From NCBI GenBank assembly GCA_965153355.1, contig OZ231126.1:15624001-15688000 (forward strand): a DNA stretch of 64,000 nt. The letters run 5' to 3'. This document shows positions 46,115 through 60,674 of this stretch, in pieces. Every line of letters begins with the position of its first letter. Position 1 is the first letter of the stretch. Made by a program: the position numbers and the translations under genes. The notes beneath the pieces were generated by a model. The model was given only the letters and a program-made list of their open reading frames with translations, ran no database searches and was not told where the DNA came from. The DNA is from Flaccisagitta enflata. Its lineage: Eukaryota.

Positions 46115-49100
46115 TGAGAGCTTGGTTAAATACATTCCAACCCGAATCTACTTGAATTAAAGCTTTGCCTAAAAGGGAAAACGCGATAAAAACAAAAGAT
46201 CAGTATCGTCTTCGAAATTTCTTCCAAAGTTTTTGCCACTTTAGACTGATCACCCTGTAACATGCTTGTCCACCAATCTCTGCCCAATGTCCGTACGTGT
46301 GTGGGTGAGAGTGTGTCTGTGTAGGTGTGTGTTTGGATGATCGTGTTGGGTGTCTGTGTATATTTTCCCTTTTCATCTTCCTCATGGCATGAGTTTATCG
46401 AGGTCGCAGGTTCCTTTAGGTCTTCCTCTCAATCTTCGCTCGCTTCTCGCCTTTGCTCTTTCTGCCGTTTTCGTTGTCACTTAATCTTCGGAAATTGCCA
46501 TTTGATATGCCGAAGTGCTCTTTCTGTCACGCCATTTACTTCCAAGAGGCCTCTTGTTTTGGACAGTCGCTAACCAAGAAAACTAGAAAATAAAACCAGA
46601 AAACAAAGAAGTGGCTTTTCTCACGATAGGATAAGATTCGTGCGTTCATACATGTAAACAAGGAGAAATAGAGATAGACACGAGGAATGACCGTCAGTAT
46701 GTCCTTTAGCGTGATTATACTGTGGGGAAGCAATGTTAGTCAATACGAGGGAGTGAATATTGCGCCGAGATTGCATTGAATTGCATAATTAAGGAAAAGC
46801 CGGAAAGGGACAGGAGGACTCAAAAATGACAAAATCTTACATTTTAACATGAGGCCGTGTTTACATGAACTTTGATCAAAAGTGACAATTTTAAGTGGCA
46901 AATGTCGAGAAACGGCAAGTGAGCAGGGGTAGAACTAGCCATTTTTTTTCATGATTCAAATTCAACAAAACTATACATTACTGTATAGCTTATGAAGGTA
47001 CATATACAAATCCATAGAAGAATTTTGTTAACTGAGCTCATTTTTCATGCAAATTAAGCTTAATTAGACAGATTTGGTATACAAAAAAATACAAAATTAA
47101 GCATATTGTAGCAAAAAATCAATATGAGAATATTTTTTACCTAAATTATGTTTAAACGCAATAGTATGAGGGTGTTTCATGAAAAAAATCGAAATTTCAT
47201 GAATTTTCAAAAAAATCTCTATAAGCACCATTTTTGGTTGGTTGGGCAGTGCTGTATATCTTTGTTCGGCCAAGCTCTTCATCATACTAGTAATGTAGAT
47301 GCTCTTCAACAACTTTCATGCAAAGTTTCAGCCAAATCGGCTTACTCATTCAAAAGTTATGCCACTTTTTCGTTTTTTCATCTGGTAGGTTGGTTGGGCT
47401 GGTTGGGCCGGTTGGGCCGGTTGGACTCATCTTCAGAGGACCAACTTTTTTGGCCTGATCTCTCTTGGTAAAGTCTGTTTTCCCGCAAAAGATCATGGGT
47501 GTAGCTCAAAGGGTTCATGAGATATGGGCATTTTTGGAAATTGGACAAATTGATTTTTTTTCCTTCAAAGTCCGCAAAATCTTGTCTTCCGCTAAGAAGA
47601 AAATAACTACAAAGATCATCCAACGAGCGTATCAATTCTGTTCACACTTTAGGACTGACGAAATGTAAAATTTCATTGTGACTGAACGCCTGGGATTTAG
47701 GGCCTCAAATTTTCAGTGTAGACTCAAAATTTCACGCTCTTTCACGTGGTGAGGTCAGATTTCATGTAAAATGTGTCATTTCCACGCCATAGTGGCATAT
47801 CTTAAGCGTTAGGTATGCGTTAGGAACAAGTTTGGGGGTGTGCGCGAATTAAAACGCTCCAAGAAAATTTTTATTTCTCTGCTTAGGATCAACCCAATAA
47901 CATGAAAATGAAGGAGAACGTCCCTCAAGTAGTTGTCCATCGAATGGCAACAGAAAAAATGCTTTGTTTAAGATTAAGGAGGTTAAAAAAAATAAATATC
48001 ATGATATTCAGCCTTGAGAGAAAAAAAGCAAAAAAATCGAGCAGGGGTAAATTTGAATTATATGCCAATTTTTGGTAACTTATAGTTTGCTTACTAAGTT
48101 GATTTTTTGTGTGTATCCTATGGGACTACTACTAATTGATGAAAACTCATAAAATCATAGGAAAAGACATTTCTTGATTGGTTTTGCTTGCTGTTTTCTA
48201 CTGGAGACAGAATGGAGACAAGCCAAAAAAAGCTCTTTGACCAAATTTTTAGACCCCCTAAGGGTAGGGAGGATCATGAAAAATGGTTTGAAATTGTGCA
48301 TTGGGTAGTCATGAATGTCTTTGAACCATTTAATCCGCATATAATGATGTATCGGAAGCTTGTGCTAACGTAGATTGGTGGAAAGTCGGGCCCTCCTGCT
48401 TGCTGTGGAACCGTGACATTTGCCAAGTAGAAGCTGATGGCCGCTTCTAGGCAGTTGCCGTGTTCAGGGTGGCAGAAAATTCTATAGGTCCAAGGCACGC
48501 TTTTTTCCCGACGCTTTAAGTCCGACTTTCGGTGTTACCCTTGTAATATCACATACTATCAGATTCATCATGTTATTCTGCCTTCTTACCCATGAGCAAA
48601 GCTAAACAAAGACATCTAGAAGCAAAGACAATTTGGAAAATGGATTTTAAATTTCAACAAAAAATACAGTTGACTTCTGTAAAAATGACTGACATTGCCT
48701 TTTGGTTCAATTCAATGTCCTACTTCTTAAATACAATTTCATTCAATAAAATAGGTAAAAGAATTTAAGCTTCGAAAAGGAAATTGATTGAAAAAAAAAT
48801 CAGACTCAAATTGATACGGATTCTATTCAAAAGCAAAATCCGATGTTTAGGCCTAAGAGATGATCTCAAACTCATAGGTTAGATTGAGAAAGTTGGTTTT
48901 TCTCAATGTGTTTTATGGAAAACTTGGAGTGGTGCGCGTAATAAGTAGTTAGCGGGGGTTCTCAAGGCCCTCTTCCATTTATTTCAGTTTGGGTATGGTG
49001 AGGGATATTGTTCCACTTGTCATACAACTCCCCTAAGCGAATATTCCTCTTTACAATACCTAATAAACCTGATTTTCAAGAACCAGGCCAAGTAATGGCC

Positions 49101-50390
49101 AATAAGTGCACCTCGCTTGATTAAGAATTTGTGAATGAACGTTTTTGATGAATGAATGAATGAATGAATGAATGAATGAATGAATGAATGAAAGAAAATG
49201 AATGTGGTAAAGCATGAGAGGTGATAGGAAGAAGAAAAACGTCAGAATTAGCCGTTTTGCACATTTCAAATGTTTGCGTTACCGACCAATCAACCAACCG
49301 ACCAACCGATGGACATGACCTCTTATAGAAGTGCGAGGAAATGATCATTCCCAATATGGAATTAACTGAAATTTTGCTGATGATTGCTAATTTGACAATT
49401 CGTGGCCCCAAGTGTTGGCAAGTAAATTTAACTTGTGACGTAAACAAGGCCAAGTAAGCTAAGTAGGTGCGCCGTGTGGTTCATCCAACATTTGCGTTAC
49501 TGACTGATAACCGACCAATCAATCAACCGACTGACCAACGGACACGTCTCCACACAGCACGCACTTAAAAACATCGTTTTTACTCTTCAGATTTTTCTTT
49601 CTTTCTTTCTTTCTCTTTTTCTCTCTTTCTCTCTTTCTCTCTTTCTCTCCTCCTCTCTCTCGTTTTCCCTTTCTCTCTTTCTTTTTTCTTTCTTTTTCTT
49701 CTCCCTCTCTTTTTTCTCTCCCTCAAATCTATAAGTCCGACTTTTGATCCATTGGTCCTAGGCACGACGTGCCCCGCGTGCCCCTCTTTCTGCCACCCTG
49801 GCCGTGTTTCCCACTAGTTGCTTTTGTCTACGCGATTATTTCGTGCTTTACTGTGCATAGTATTGCATCTCTTTTCATTGGGCTGATGCGTCCTTTTCTC
49901 ACGTTCAGGATAAAAAAAACACACCTTAAGAAACTATGTCTTACCCTATCTTCTTCTACCTCCTGACCTCACAGCCATTGGGGCTCACGATCACCGCTGC
50001 AGGCGCTGCTTTAACCACATCTGCGCTTGACAACGCGTCAAGGACGTGCTCGGATTACCAACGATGAGAGCCCTTATTTTGAACGCTCTGTAAAGCGGCG
50101 TGCCGCTTAGCTGCCGTCAGCAGATGGTCACCGGCCGAAGGCTTAATCGACTCGCTTCTCGGATGGCTTAGTTTCTCCTCGAGTACCCCCTCTTCTCCCA
50201 TATGCGTGTGTCGTCACAAGACGTATCGGTCAAAAGTTTATCTTGTTTTTGCCGATTTTTTTGTTGATCCTTAGTCTTTCTTTCCAGAATATTCTCAACC
50301 AAGTTCTCGCATCTCTATTTTCAAAAATATGACAGGGGTTTTGTATGTTTTTTAAGTAACTTTTTTTTACACAAGTATAACGAGGGAAAA

Positions 50391-50846
50391 ATGGTTCCAT
50401 TGACCTTATTTCAATGTTGGTACGCGCTGAGTGGACCGAGGCTGCATCGGATCCGGGACTTGAATGGATACGGTCTTCCCTATGTACCGAATAATCTGGA
50501 AAAGGTATGACATGAACTCTTGACTTAAGTTTCCTTTTTTTGATTTCGGTTATGTACATATATTAAGCTCTTACTCCATTTCTCTTCAGACTGGTGATTT
50601 TTTCATCAAATGGATGGTGACGATGTATAACGTGGCCTATGGTATCTCACCATTTCTGATGTGGATGCTGTATCGGCGAAACATGTTGAGTCAAGAGGGT
50701 TTTCTGACAATGTTCAAGTATGGGATCTCAGCAAGCATTTTACTTACATTTTCTTCTTCTCTTCGCGCAATTGGAAGGCTTGCAAACAGGTAAAATTACA
50801 GTAGTAGTTGTAGTTGGCAAGCAACTAGCTTTCTTTCTATCTTACT

Positions 50847-50945
<99 letters not shown>

Positions 50946-53191
50946 CCCCTTCTTGTTTGTCTCTCTCTCTGTCTTGCTGTCTCTTTTCATGGTACAACTG
51001 TCGTGTTTTGTAATAATTGTTTTGTTGCATCGTCTATCTCTATTTTACCTCGTTAATGTACAGGGTGTATCACATCAAACAGGACAAAAGAAAACGATGT
51101 ATTTTTGCTTCTAGAAGTGCAAAATCATTTCTGAAAACTGTTTCTAAAAGATAACTTCAGACGATTTTTGAATGATACAGACTTTTGCTAGTCATGGTTA
51201 ACATATATCCTCAATAAAATAATGAAAAAATGCCTTTTTTAACAAAAAATGCTAATTTCTATCCAAAGTCAAGGGTTTTCCTAAGATTTTTCAAGTCAAA
51301 TTCACATATAGATGATAAAAAATGATCAGAAATGTTTTGTAAAGGTGTGCAGGCACTAGTTAATTCCTCATGTTTTTATAAATGCATCATTAATATAGTT
51401 ATTGAAATTTTTATCAATGCACATAAAAACTTTTTGTAATGAAACTTACAAAAAAGTCTCTGGACCTAACCAATATTGTACAATTTTCTCATTTTTTGTA
51501 GAGGTATGATTCTACCTCACAATATCTTTAATTCAAGACCAGTGCCGAGATTGTAGCACCGTTTGTTTGGAAATGAGAGTAGGATAAAAAGATGCTTGTC
51601 AATATACAACAAAACAAGCAAAAACTAAAAGTAAAAACTATACTTTGCTCTAAATAATACAAAGGGATTCAGTTTTCTTAATGAGTATGTGAAATACGAA
51701 TATAAAAATCGTTTTTTTTAAGAACTTTCTGAACATTTACAGAATCATTCTCTACAATTCAGAACAAAGATACATCGTTTTCTTTTGTCCTGTTTGGCGT
51801 GGTACTCCCTGTATTTACTCACTCACGCACTCATTCTTACCCACGCCTCTTTTACTTAATTTGCATTTCTTTTTTGATTGCCCAATCACTTGCGCCCTCG
51901 CAGTGACTACAAACGATTTACCACGTCGTTGTACCGCGCACGTCAAGGGCAAGTCGTGGACATTCGGCGGTACGACTTTGACTTTTGGGCCTGGCCCGTG
52001 GACTTTGACTGGAATGAAGGACCGCGCGGCGATCCACGCACGGACGTCCCGTTAAAACGCATTTTCCCCGCCGAACCGGCAGGGGGAAGGACATTTCTAG
52101 GGAAAATCATCGGCGCTCCTTGGAGTTTTATGTGTTACGCCATGGCGAATACCGTCGGATATCGTCTTCTTTACCCAGGCACGCTGGGTTTTATTCAAAC
52201 GGCTCTCCATAATGCCCTTCTTCAAGGACGCGCCAAGCTCGTTGAGGAACGAGGAGGTATATTATTTGTTTTATTCGATTGAAATCAGGGCATCGGGGCA
52301 CGAAAGAAAGAAAGGAAAGACACATGGCCGTGTGCGAGTTTTCTTACAAATATTAAAACAAGCCCTATGATGGGCAAAAGTCGCGGTCGGTTGGGCAGAT
52401 GCAGTACTAAAAAAATACTAACACTCACACACACAACTGTAACTGGCATAAAATCTCATAGAAAGACAAAAAAAAACGAATTCAAAAGTATCACGGAGGG
52501 ACGGACCGTCACAGCATGGTGTAGACTGTAGAGCCGCGTGTCCGCGACTAAAAAGATGCATAAACTATTTTGAGTCTTGCTTATGGTCTTAACGCGGAAA
52601 GAGATGATCCGCCATTTTCGCCTATAACTTTTGATGTTCAAAGGCAAAACTATTTTCGATCGTAAATGAGTAAAATGACCTATAGAATATCAATATAAAC
52701 CATTTGTTCTTTACTTTGAGTCGAAACAGATGAATATTTTCTGCTTGAAAAGATAAATTTCGCGTTAATAGTGATCTTGTCTTTGTCTTCTCGCGATTTA
52801 CATTCGATCTCATTCGTTGGATGTTTGTGGTGTGCAAGAAAATTCTCAAAATTGCTAAAGAAGTAACATCAATTCCTAAAATGAACTAACTGTGACAATA
52901 ACAGCGGTGACAATTACAACAATATTGACAACACAACAACTGACAATAACAACTGCAAGAATAACAATAACTGTGACAATAACAAGTGAGGATAACGACA
53001 ACAATGAAGACAACAACTACTGAAACACATAACAACTACAATTATAACAATAAAACCAACTACCGCAACAACTACAACTACCGTAACAACCCAAACAAAA
53101 ACACCATGATTATAACAACAGCAATGTCCTGAATCCTATGTTATGGAAGTGCGCGATTTTATTTTCATTATTTCGACTCGCTTCGCTTCCC

Positions 53192-53222
<31 letters not shown>

Positions 53223-53252
53223 GCAACAATAACAACAACTCTTTGCTGCCTT

Positions 53253-53305
<53 letters not shown>

Positions 53306-53803
53306 CTCTTTTTGCTTTAGGTCGTCGCGCCAAGATACGGACACGCGATGGCAACGATATCGATACCATGTTCGTGGATCGACGAAATCGATCCACGCAC
53401 GCATCGGCCGGCGGCAATCCCGCCGACGGACAATTCCTCGTGATTTGTTCGGAAGGCAACGCCGGATTTTACGAGGTGGGATGCATGAGCACGCCCATCG
53501 AATCCGACTACAGCGTATTAGGGTGGAACCACCCTGGTTTCGCCGGAAGCAACGGAACCCCATTTCCGGACCAGGAACAACACGCCATCGACGCCGTCTT
53601 ACAGTACGCCACGTATCGGCTTGGGTTCCCGGAAGAGAAAATCATTCTGTTCGCGTGGAGTATCGGCGGATACACGACCTCCTTCGCCGCCATGAATTAC
53701 CCTCGCGCACGGGCTGTAATTCTTGGTGAGTGTGTTTTGATATGTACACGTGTTTTGGTTTGTGTGACTGATGATTAATTGTGTGACTGTGCCTTCTTCT
53801 TCG

Positions 53804-53894
<91 letters not shown>

Positions 53895-56800
53895 ACGCGC
53901 GCGCGTGCGTGTGGTTGTACTTATGTGTCAGTATCTGTATGCCTGTATCACTGTATCTGTGTGCATGAATTTGTGTGTCTGTATCTGTGTGCGTCTGTCC
54001 ATTTGTGTCTGCACGTTAGTCTGTTTTTGTGTCTCTTAGTGTGTTTACGTCTGTGCCTTTGTGTCTGTGTGTTTGTCTGTGTGTTTGTGTGTGCGTTTGT
54101 GTCTTTGCTTATATACTGAAAATTTTCATCATGTTACCCGAGGTCAACCTTAATGGAGTTTTTGACCCATCTGTGTCATTTTCTATCCAGTGGTAAAAAG
54201 AAAAAAGTTTTCGCTAGGACAGCATTTATTTTTAAACGGGTAATGTTCACGCCCTGAACATTACCCGTCTTAAAATTTCGTTACTCCGCTAGTTGGTCTT
54301 CAAGTGTAGAACAAAGCATGTTTTGCCAAAAACCACAACGCCGTGAGCAATTCCCAACACAATCTTTTTCCCTTTTTCCGCCTATCCCTATTCAACTTTG
54401 CCGCCTTTGTGTGGCTAATTGGTCGAGTCCTCGGTTTTCCTTGTTTGCTTTGTTGCCTGTGGCTATTTTGCTTTCATTCCCTCGTCTTATCTAAGCGCTT
54501 TTTCCCCCTTCCCCGAAATATAGCACCCCACCATTCGGGTGTGTCAATCTGCAAAACATTAATCCATGAGAGTATAACGCTAGGGCATCATGGGGTTACT
54601 CATTTAAATGCTTTCACCGTTTTTCTTTAAAGCTTTTCAGAAAAGTGCCTGGGTTAATCGTATCAACTTCAATGAAATAGCATAATGGTCTTTTTTGGTT
54701 GTGGAATTTGTTTCTTGGCGAACGAGAGTGCAGACATTGCATTAGATTTCGATCGTGAAAAAAAAACGGTTGCCGAATGAATTTTGGAAAAAGAAAAACG
54801 GTGATCGTTCTTAAATCAATAGTCCCATCTTGCGTCAGCGTTATAGTCTCAAATTCAGTCATCACCCGTATTTGACACACCTGACCCCACCATGGTCCAT
54901 GGCCATGGTTCTTCTCTTAAGGTTTTGAATGTCATTTCCATGTATGAGGCTTTATCTCAGGTGGCAGCTCGGAGAAATGGAGAAGAATTTCCATTTTTCC
55001 CTGTATTTGTCGAAACACGATTCGCTTCTGAACTTCCTTGGGGTCAGGCTGTTTATGCTCAAAGGACAAAAAATGCTTTTCAAAAAGACTCAAAAACAAT
55101 AACATGAAAATAAGTTTTAAGTCATTCGTCATGGTCCCGGACGGACCAACTAACAGAGGCCCCCTACTTGTACGATGTGAAAATCAATGACGCATCATCC
55201 TCCCTATCTTGAACTCGGCCTTGTAACAGTTGTCACACTCCTCCTGAGAGCGACCTCGCCCTCTATACTTATTCCCAGAGGAATGATAACGTTGATTGCA
55301 TGTAATTTGCATATCGGGCTCATTTTATTGTCGTTCAGTTGCAGCTCGTCCGACTATCATGATTACGACTCTTTCGTGTCTCTCTTTCCCTTCCTACGCC
55401 CACCGGCGATGGTGGGCGAGAGAAACCGATAAAAAACAAGGCCAATCCTGAAGTCGCGTGCGGGATGTAAATAACTTGATCAATTGAGATGTATTTTGTT
55501 TTGATGGCTGAAAATGACATTGAATGACTAAGAATGACTTTGAGCGACTGAAACGACAAAAAAATGATTAACTAGTCATCCAAGGATCGCACATGGTCAG
55601 CGAGTACCCGATGCCCTGCTAAGGATGGCCTGGAAGAACAGAGAGCATGGGGGCAGCGGCCCCAAGGAGCCAAATGTCCTGTCGTTTACAAGGTGGGCTG
55701 AACGTCATGAGAGCATTAAGAAGGCTGACATGCTTGATTTTGCCAGGCCTGAGCAAAGGCTGATTTAAGAAGATGAAGCTAATTTTGGAGCTGAAAGAGC
55801 TGATTTTTGGCCTGACAGGACTGATTTTGGGCCTGAGAGGCTGATTTTGAAGCAGGAGAGGGCTTTGAGATTTTGGGCTTGAGAAGAGGGCTGATTTGCA
55901 GGGCTAATTTGGGAGCTAATTTGGAGGCTGAAAAGAGCTGATTTTGGGCCTGAGAGGGCTGATTTTGTGTGTCTGAAGAGGCTGATTTTGGGCATAAAGA
56001 GGGCTGATTTTAGGCTTGAGAGGGCTGTTTTGGGCATGAGAGGGCTGATGCAGGCCTGAGAGGGCTGATTTTGGGCTTGGAAGGGCTGATTTTGGGCTTG
56101 AGAGGGCTGATTTGGGGTCTGAGAGGGGCCTCGGGGGGGGACGTACGGACGTACGTACGGACGTCTGGAAATTCACCCCTGTGTCCTACAGGACATCGGC
56201 CCTTTGGGGCCGCTGCCCAAAAAGTGATAAAAAGAAGTTTGACAAACGGACGGATCGACGGATGGACGGACGACGCGGCATGTAGAGTCGTATGCACGCG
56301 ACTGAAAAGTGAAACGCGCGCACGCGACGTTTTGTCCCAGCCTTCTTTTCTTCTAGAACCGGGGTCACGTGACTCTTGTCAACTGCGTCATCTGAGCCTT
56401 TTACTTCGTATCTAATTCCTTCCATGTTTTCTCCTTTTGGAGGGGTTTGGAGATTAGGATATTGGGGTGGGATGATGTATCTGCTCTCAAGAGCTTGAGG
56501 AAAATGGTGAATCTTACGTGTAAGTTTCCTAACACGGTGGTGCGCCTCATACATTACTATTTACTAACTCAGGATGTAGAACAGATCAACGATAACGCAT
56601 AATTTTTTTTTCTTATGACACCCGACGAGCTACAAAGAAATAATCCTACATGGACTTCACATGCAGCGGTACCCGTTTCCTCTTTGAATGCGATGCAAGG
56701 AATAGAGGAAATGGGCTCTTGGGGCCGCTGTCCTAAAGGAGAAATTAGAAACTAACAACTGACGCGAGGTCACAATATCGTTGCGGACGGGTGGGTAGGG

Positions 56801-59661
56801 GCAGCCAACCCCATCCAGACCCAATGCTCCACCCAACCCCCCCTTCCAACATAGACACGTAAACATAAAGCTTCTAAAATGCTCGTTTTCCCACTTTTTG
56901 ACTAGTGTCCACAGACGGATGGATGGACTGACCAATGGAGGGACGGATGGACGGAAAAAGCCTCTTATAGAGTTGCATGTCTGCAACTAAAAAGAAATAC
57001 ATAACCTGAGCTACACACAGAGGAGGAAGAGCGTTACTAATTCTCCTAAAAACAAGGCCGGATACACAGCTACCGAAGTGGCGTGGAGGTGGGCAGGGGC
57101 CATATTTGAGGTCACTGAACAGTAGGGGCAGGAGCAGTGGGGTCAAAGAAATAAAATCACAAAAAAGTAAACTGTGACCGACCGGCCGACCGACCGACCG
57201 ACGGACCGACCGGCGGACCGACCGACCGATAGACGGACGGAGTGGATCAAAGAGTCGCGTGAACGTGACAAAAAAGTCGCGTGCATGCGACTAAAAATTT
57301 TTGTCATGCACTGCGTGACATTTTACAAATGTTAAAAAGTGTTATTTTCCGGGGGCGTCTTTTCATGGCATTGAATGTTAAGTGTAAAACCTGTAATTTG
57401 GTTTAGTTGGTAAAATCATGCATGATAATTTAACTTCATTTTGAGGAAGAGAATGTAAAGATTAAGTACGTTGATAGGGTATGCGATACCACTGCCCTCC
57501 TTTATTTGTAAATGTAAGAGCAAATGTGTTGCCTAAGAGAGCTGATTTGAAGCATGACAGAGATTTTTGGACGTCAGTCTGAGAGGGCTACGTCAAGTCT
57601 CGGGTGGGCTAATTTGGGGCAAAACGCACTGATATTAAGGACGAATGTACAGATGGAATAAGGGACAGGCAAAAATTCCTACAGGACTTCATCCCCTTCA
57701 ATTCGGGGCCGCTGCCCTTAAAACTGAAATGAACGAAAGTGATATTTCCAAGCGCGTGCAGTAGATGTCGTCTATACTTGGAAATATGCGGGCCCTCATA
57801 TCCTAAATACCATTTGTGCAAATGAAATGAAATTGTGTGTTTATAATGTTTATTTCCTATAGGGTTAATACTGGGGTATGGCAGCTCTGTGGATATGAAA
57901 TTCTCTTTAATATATACTAAATCAAATTCACTCAGCTGTGTTAGCTGTTGGAATTGGTCCAGTGGTTAACTCTGATTGATTATGAACAGTTTATTTAATG
58001 ATTCCAGGTTTGAATTGCTGGTTGGTTTTGAAAATCAAGCAAATAGATGAGGCTGAAATTCTGCAAAAATGCGATTGATCCTTCAGTTTTATACAATTTT
58101 TTAGTCGCGTGCACGCGACTCTACAACCCGCTTTGTCCGCCGGTCGGTTGGTCAGTTGGTTGGTTGGTCACACTTCACTTTTTTATGTTTAATTTCATGC
58201 TAAACCTCACTGATCGCTTAAATGGTCGGTGACATAAATATGGCCCTTGCCTGCTTCGCATGCAACTTCGGTATGTGTATCTGGCCTTGTTTTCTAAGGT
58301 GAGCTTAAGGATGCCTTAGCTCATTGTCAACCACTTACTTAGGGTCTTTACGTTACACCAGTAAAATATCAGTCCCCTCACTGTACAGATAGTCAGGTTA
58401 TGAGCTCCCCCGTATTTCCAAGTCTAGACGACATCTGCTGTATTTCCCGGTCTCGTTACCGCCCGATTGCACGCGTTCTAGAATGTCAACGATTTTTAGC
58501 TGTATCATGCTCTATCGAACTTTGCGTGGGTTTTTTATTCTCAGACGCGACGTTCGACCACGTACTCCCTCTCGCGCTAAAGCAAATGCCAGACGCAATC
58601 GGCAGTCTCATACAAGACACCGTCGTCAACCACGCAAATCTCAATAATGCGGAAATGATGCAAAGGTTCTCGCACTTTTGAAATTTGGAATTATTTCTTG
58701 TTCATAAAAAGACCAATTAATTACGTAACATGCGCATTACCCCCCTTGTTTTCTGCATCTAACGTTACCATAGATATCAAGGACCGTTCGCGTTGATCAG
58801 AAGAACTAAGGACGAAATGATCTCCACTGTCGGTCCCCCAAATCGAATCAAAGTGTGGTCCAACAGAGGCAACGACCTTCTCATGTCGCTTTTAACAAAT
58901 AGGTGAATTTGTGGCGGAAAATGTTGTTGTTGTTCACCTCCTCCTCCTTCATCTTCCTCTTTCGCGTTTCCCAGGTTTTACCATCGTTTCTGCTCCTCAT
59001 CTCTCGCCTCTATATCTTCCTCCTTTCCATTTTCCTCTCCGCTTCTCCCCTCTTCTTCCTCCCTCTATATCTCTATTTTCTTCTTTTTCTCACCGTCTGT
59101 AAAATTGAACGTGAATGCATTGGTTTTGCTCTTTGATAAGGACACCGATCCAACCGAAAGCACTTTCCAAAAAAGAAAAAAAAAGCAAATTAACAAGAGA
59201 AAACAAAACATCAAGCTTGCAAACAGTAACGGAGCGTGATAGCTCTCACTAATCATTATACTCAAATGAGCAACCAATTCTGCCGAAGCCAGCCTGTCAC
59301 CGTCACGCCATCCAATTCCGTGCTTGTCTTTCCCAGATATCCCATGATTTTCACGGAAGAAACTCGCGATTTCGTTTTGAATTTTCTCGCTTTGGAAAGT
59401 GAGAGTGAACGAGACAGCGCCCTAGCCGACTCGGGCCTCGAGGAGGAAGTTTGTGAGGCCAAATTCCAGTCTTTCGTCAGCGCCTTAGACTCGGAGCAGC
59501 CAATTTTCCCGCTGACTCTGGAACCCTCCTCGCCGGAAGAGGCTAGACACTTGGCGCTGTTTCTGGTGACGAAACACATGCGTCACTTTAACTCTTCTCA
59601 TTGCACGCCGTTGCCTCTACGGTTTTTCGACATGCCCTGGTCACCGGATAAACGCGTGTGA
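50391..59661 (+). CDS. ABHD16A: Phosphatidylserine lipase ABHD16A (BAT5), ~548 aa
   Basis: Exons 50391-50504, 50590-50789, 51904-52256, 53321-53725, 58545-58665, 58774-58902, 59337-59661, in frame. Motifs GPRL, YDFDFWAWPVDF, DGNDIDTMFVDRR, LVICSEGNAGFYEVG, GWNHPGF, WSIGG (nucleophile), LDATFD, LIRRTKDE, SNRGNDLL, HCTPLP. Confidence 0.93.
51061..51811. mobile_element. Tc1/mariner-type MITE in ABHD16A intron 2
   Basis: TA|CAGGGTGTATCACATCAAACAGGACAAAAGAAAACGATGTAT ... ATACATCGTTTTCTTTTGTCCTGTTTGGCGTGGTACTCCCTG|TA. Confidence 0.82.
53806..53892. repeat. (TG)n microsatellite
   Basis: Perfect run in ABHD16A intron 4. Confidence 0.95.
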
Positions 59662-60674
59662 CGTTGTGGGGACATTTATAACATTTAGAGAGAGAAAAAA
59701 TATGGAAACTTTTGATACAGTGTTTTGATCAGAATCGTTGTTATTACTGCGTGATTGGATTTTGAATGGAGCGAAGTTGATTCGGGGAGGAAGTAGGAAG
59801 CTGAATGTCTCTTTCCTACCCTTTTGAATGTAATATTTAAAGTGGAATGCGATATCATGCCCGATCAAGTAATAACACACTCCGCTTTTACATCGACTAA
59901 ATTGATTTTCATACACTCCTATAACTGGTGCCATGTAGCTTTGATTTCTGTCATTATTTTGCCGCTTTCAGTTAAAAAAAAGATAGGGCGCGTTAACCAC
60001 GTGCACCAATCTGTGATATGTCTGGCTTCTCTCTTGGTTGCTAACGCGTACGCATGAACGTGTGGGGAATCTAATATGCCATGAAAACTTGCCAAAAAGC
60101 TTCGCCGAAACAAAGATCACACTTAATTGTTCATCTTAACACACCGTCGATCAGAATTCCCTCCATTTTCCTTTTTTTTCATCGCCATCTTCTTTCTGTC
60201 GCTTTTCCTTGACGGTTTGGCGTTAAGGGCTAATGATTCATTTTTTTCGCTTCGTGGAACAAACCTTCACGCATAATAGCATACAAGCTCACAAAGATTA
60301 ATCAATAGTTACTAACGAGAAGATGACTACGTCCTACACCGCCTGTGTCCTTGAGTCTTTCTGTTTTTCATCTGTGATCTCAATCCCATACGATTTTCGT
60401 CATATCTACGATTTCGTTCAGACTCCTTGGAGGAAAACCTGTTTAAGCGAGCGAGTTTAAACAAACAAAAGACCAAAAAATCTAAATAGACGAAGATCGT
60501 TCAAAAATACAAAAATAGAATTCAAAAATAAAAAAAGTGTCGCAACATTGTATGTGATAGCTGCTGTGCTATTACAAAGAGGGAAAAAAGAAGAGCAGGC
60601 GCCGGCTAAAAAAAAAGAAATTTCAAGGAAGAATCTCCTTCTCTCATCAATGTCATCGCTGCGTCGTCATCACA

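Noticed and set aside
49970-49995. RNase MRP CR-V-like CATTGGGGCTCA
   Set aside because: No GAAAGTCCCC-type partner upstream to form helix P4.
45751-50391. ZDHHC6-ABHD16A fusion gene
   Set aside because: The splice gives an immediate stop, and ABHD16A has its own conserved N-terminus and ATG.
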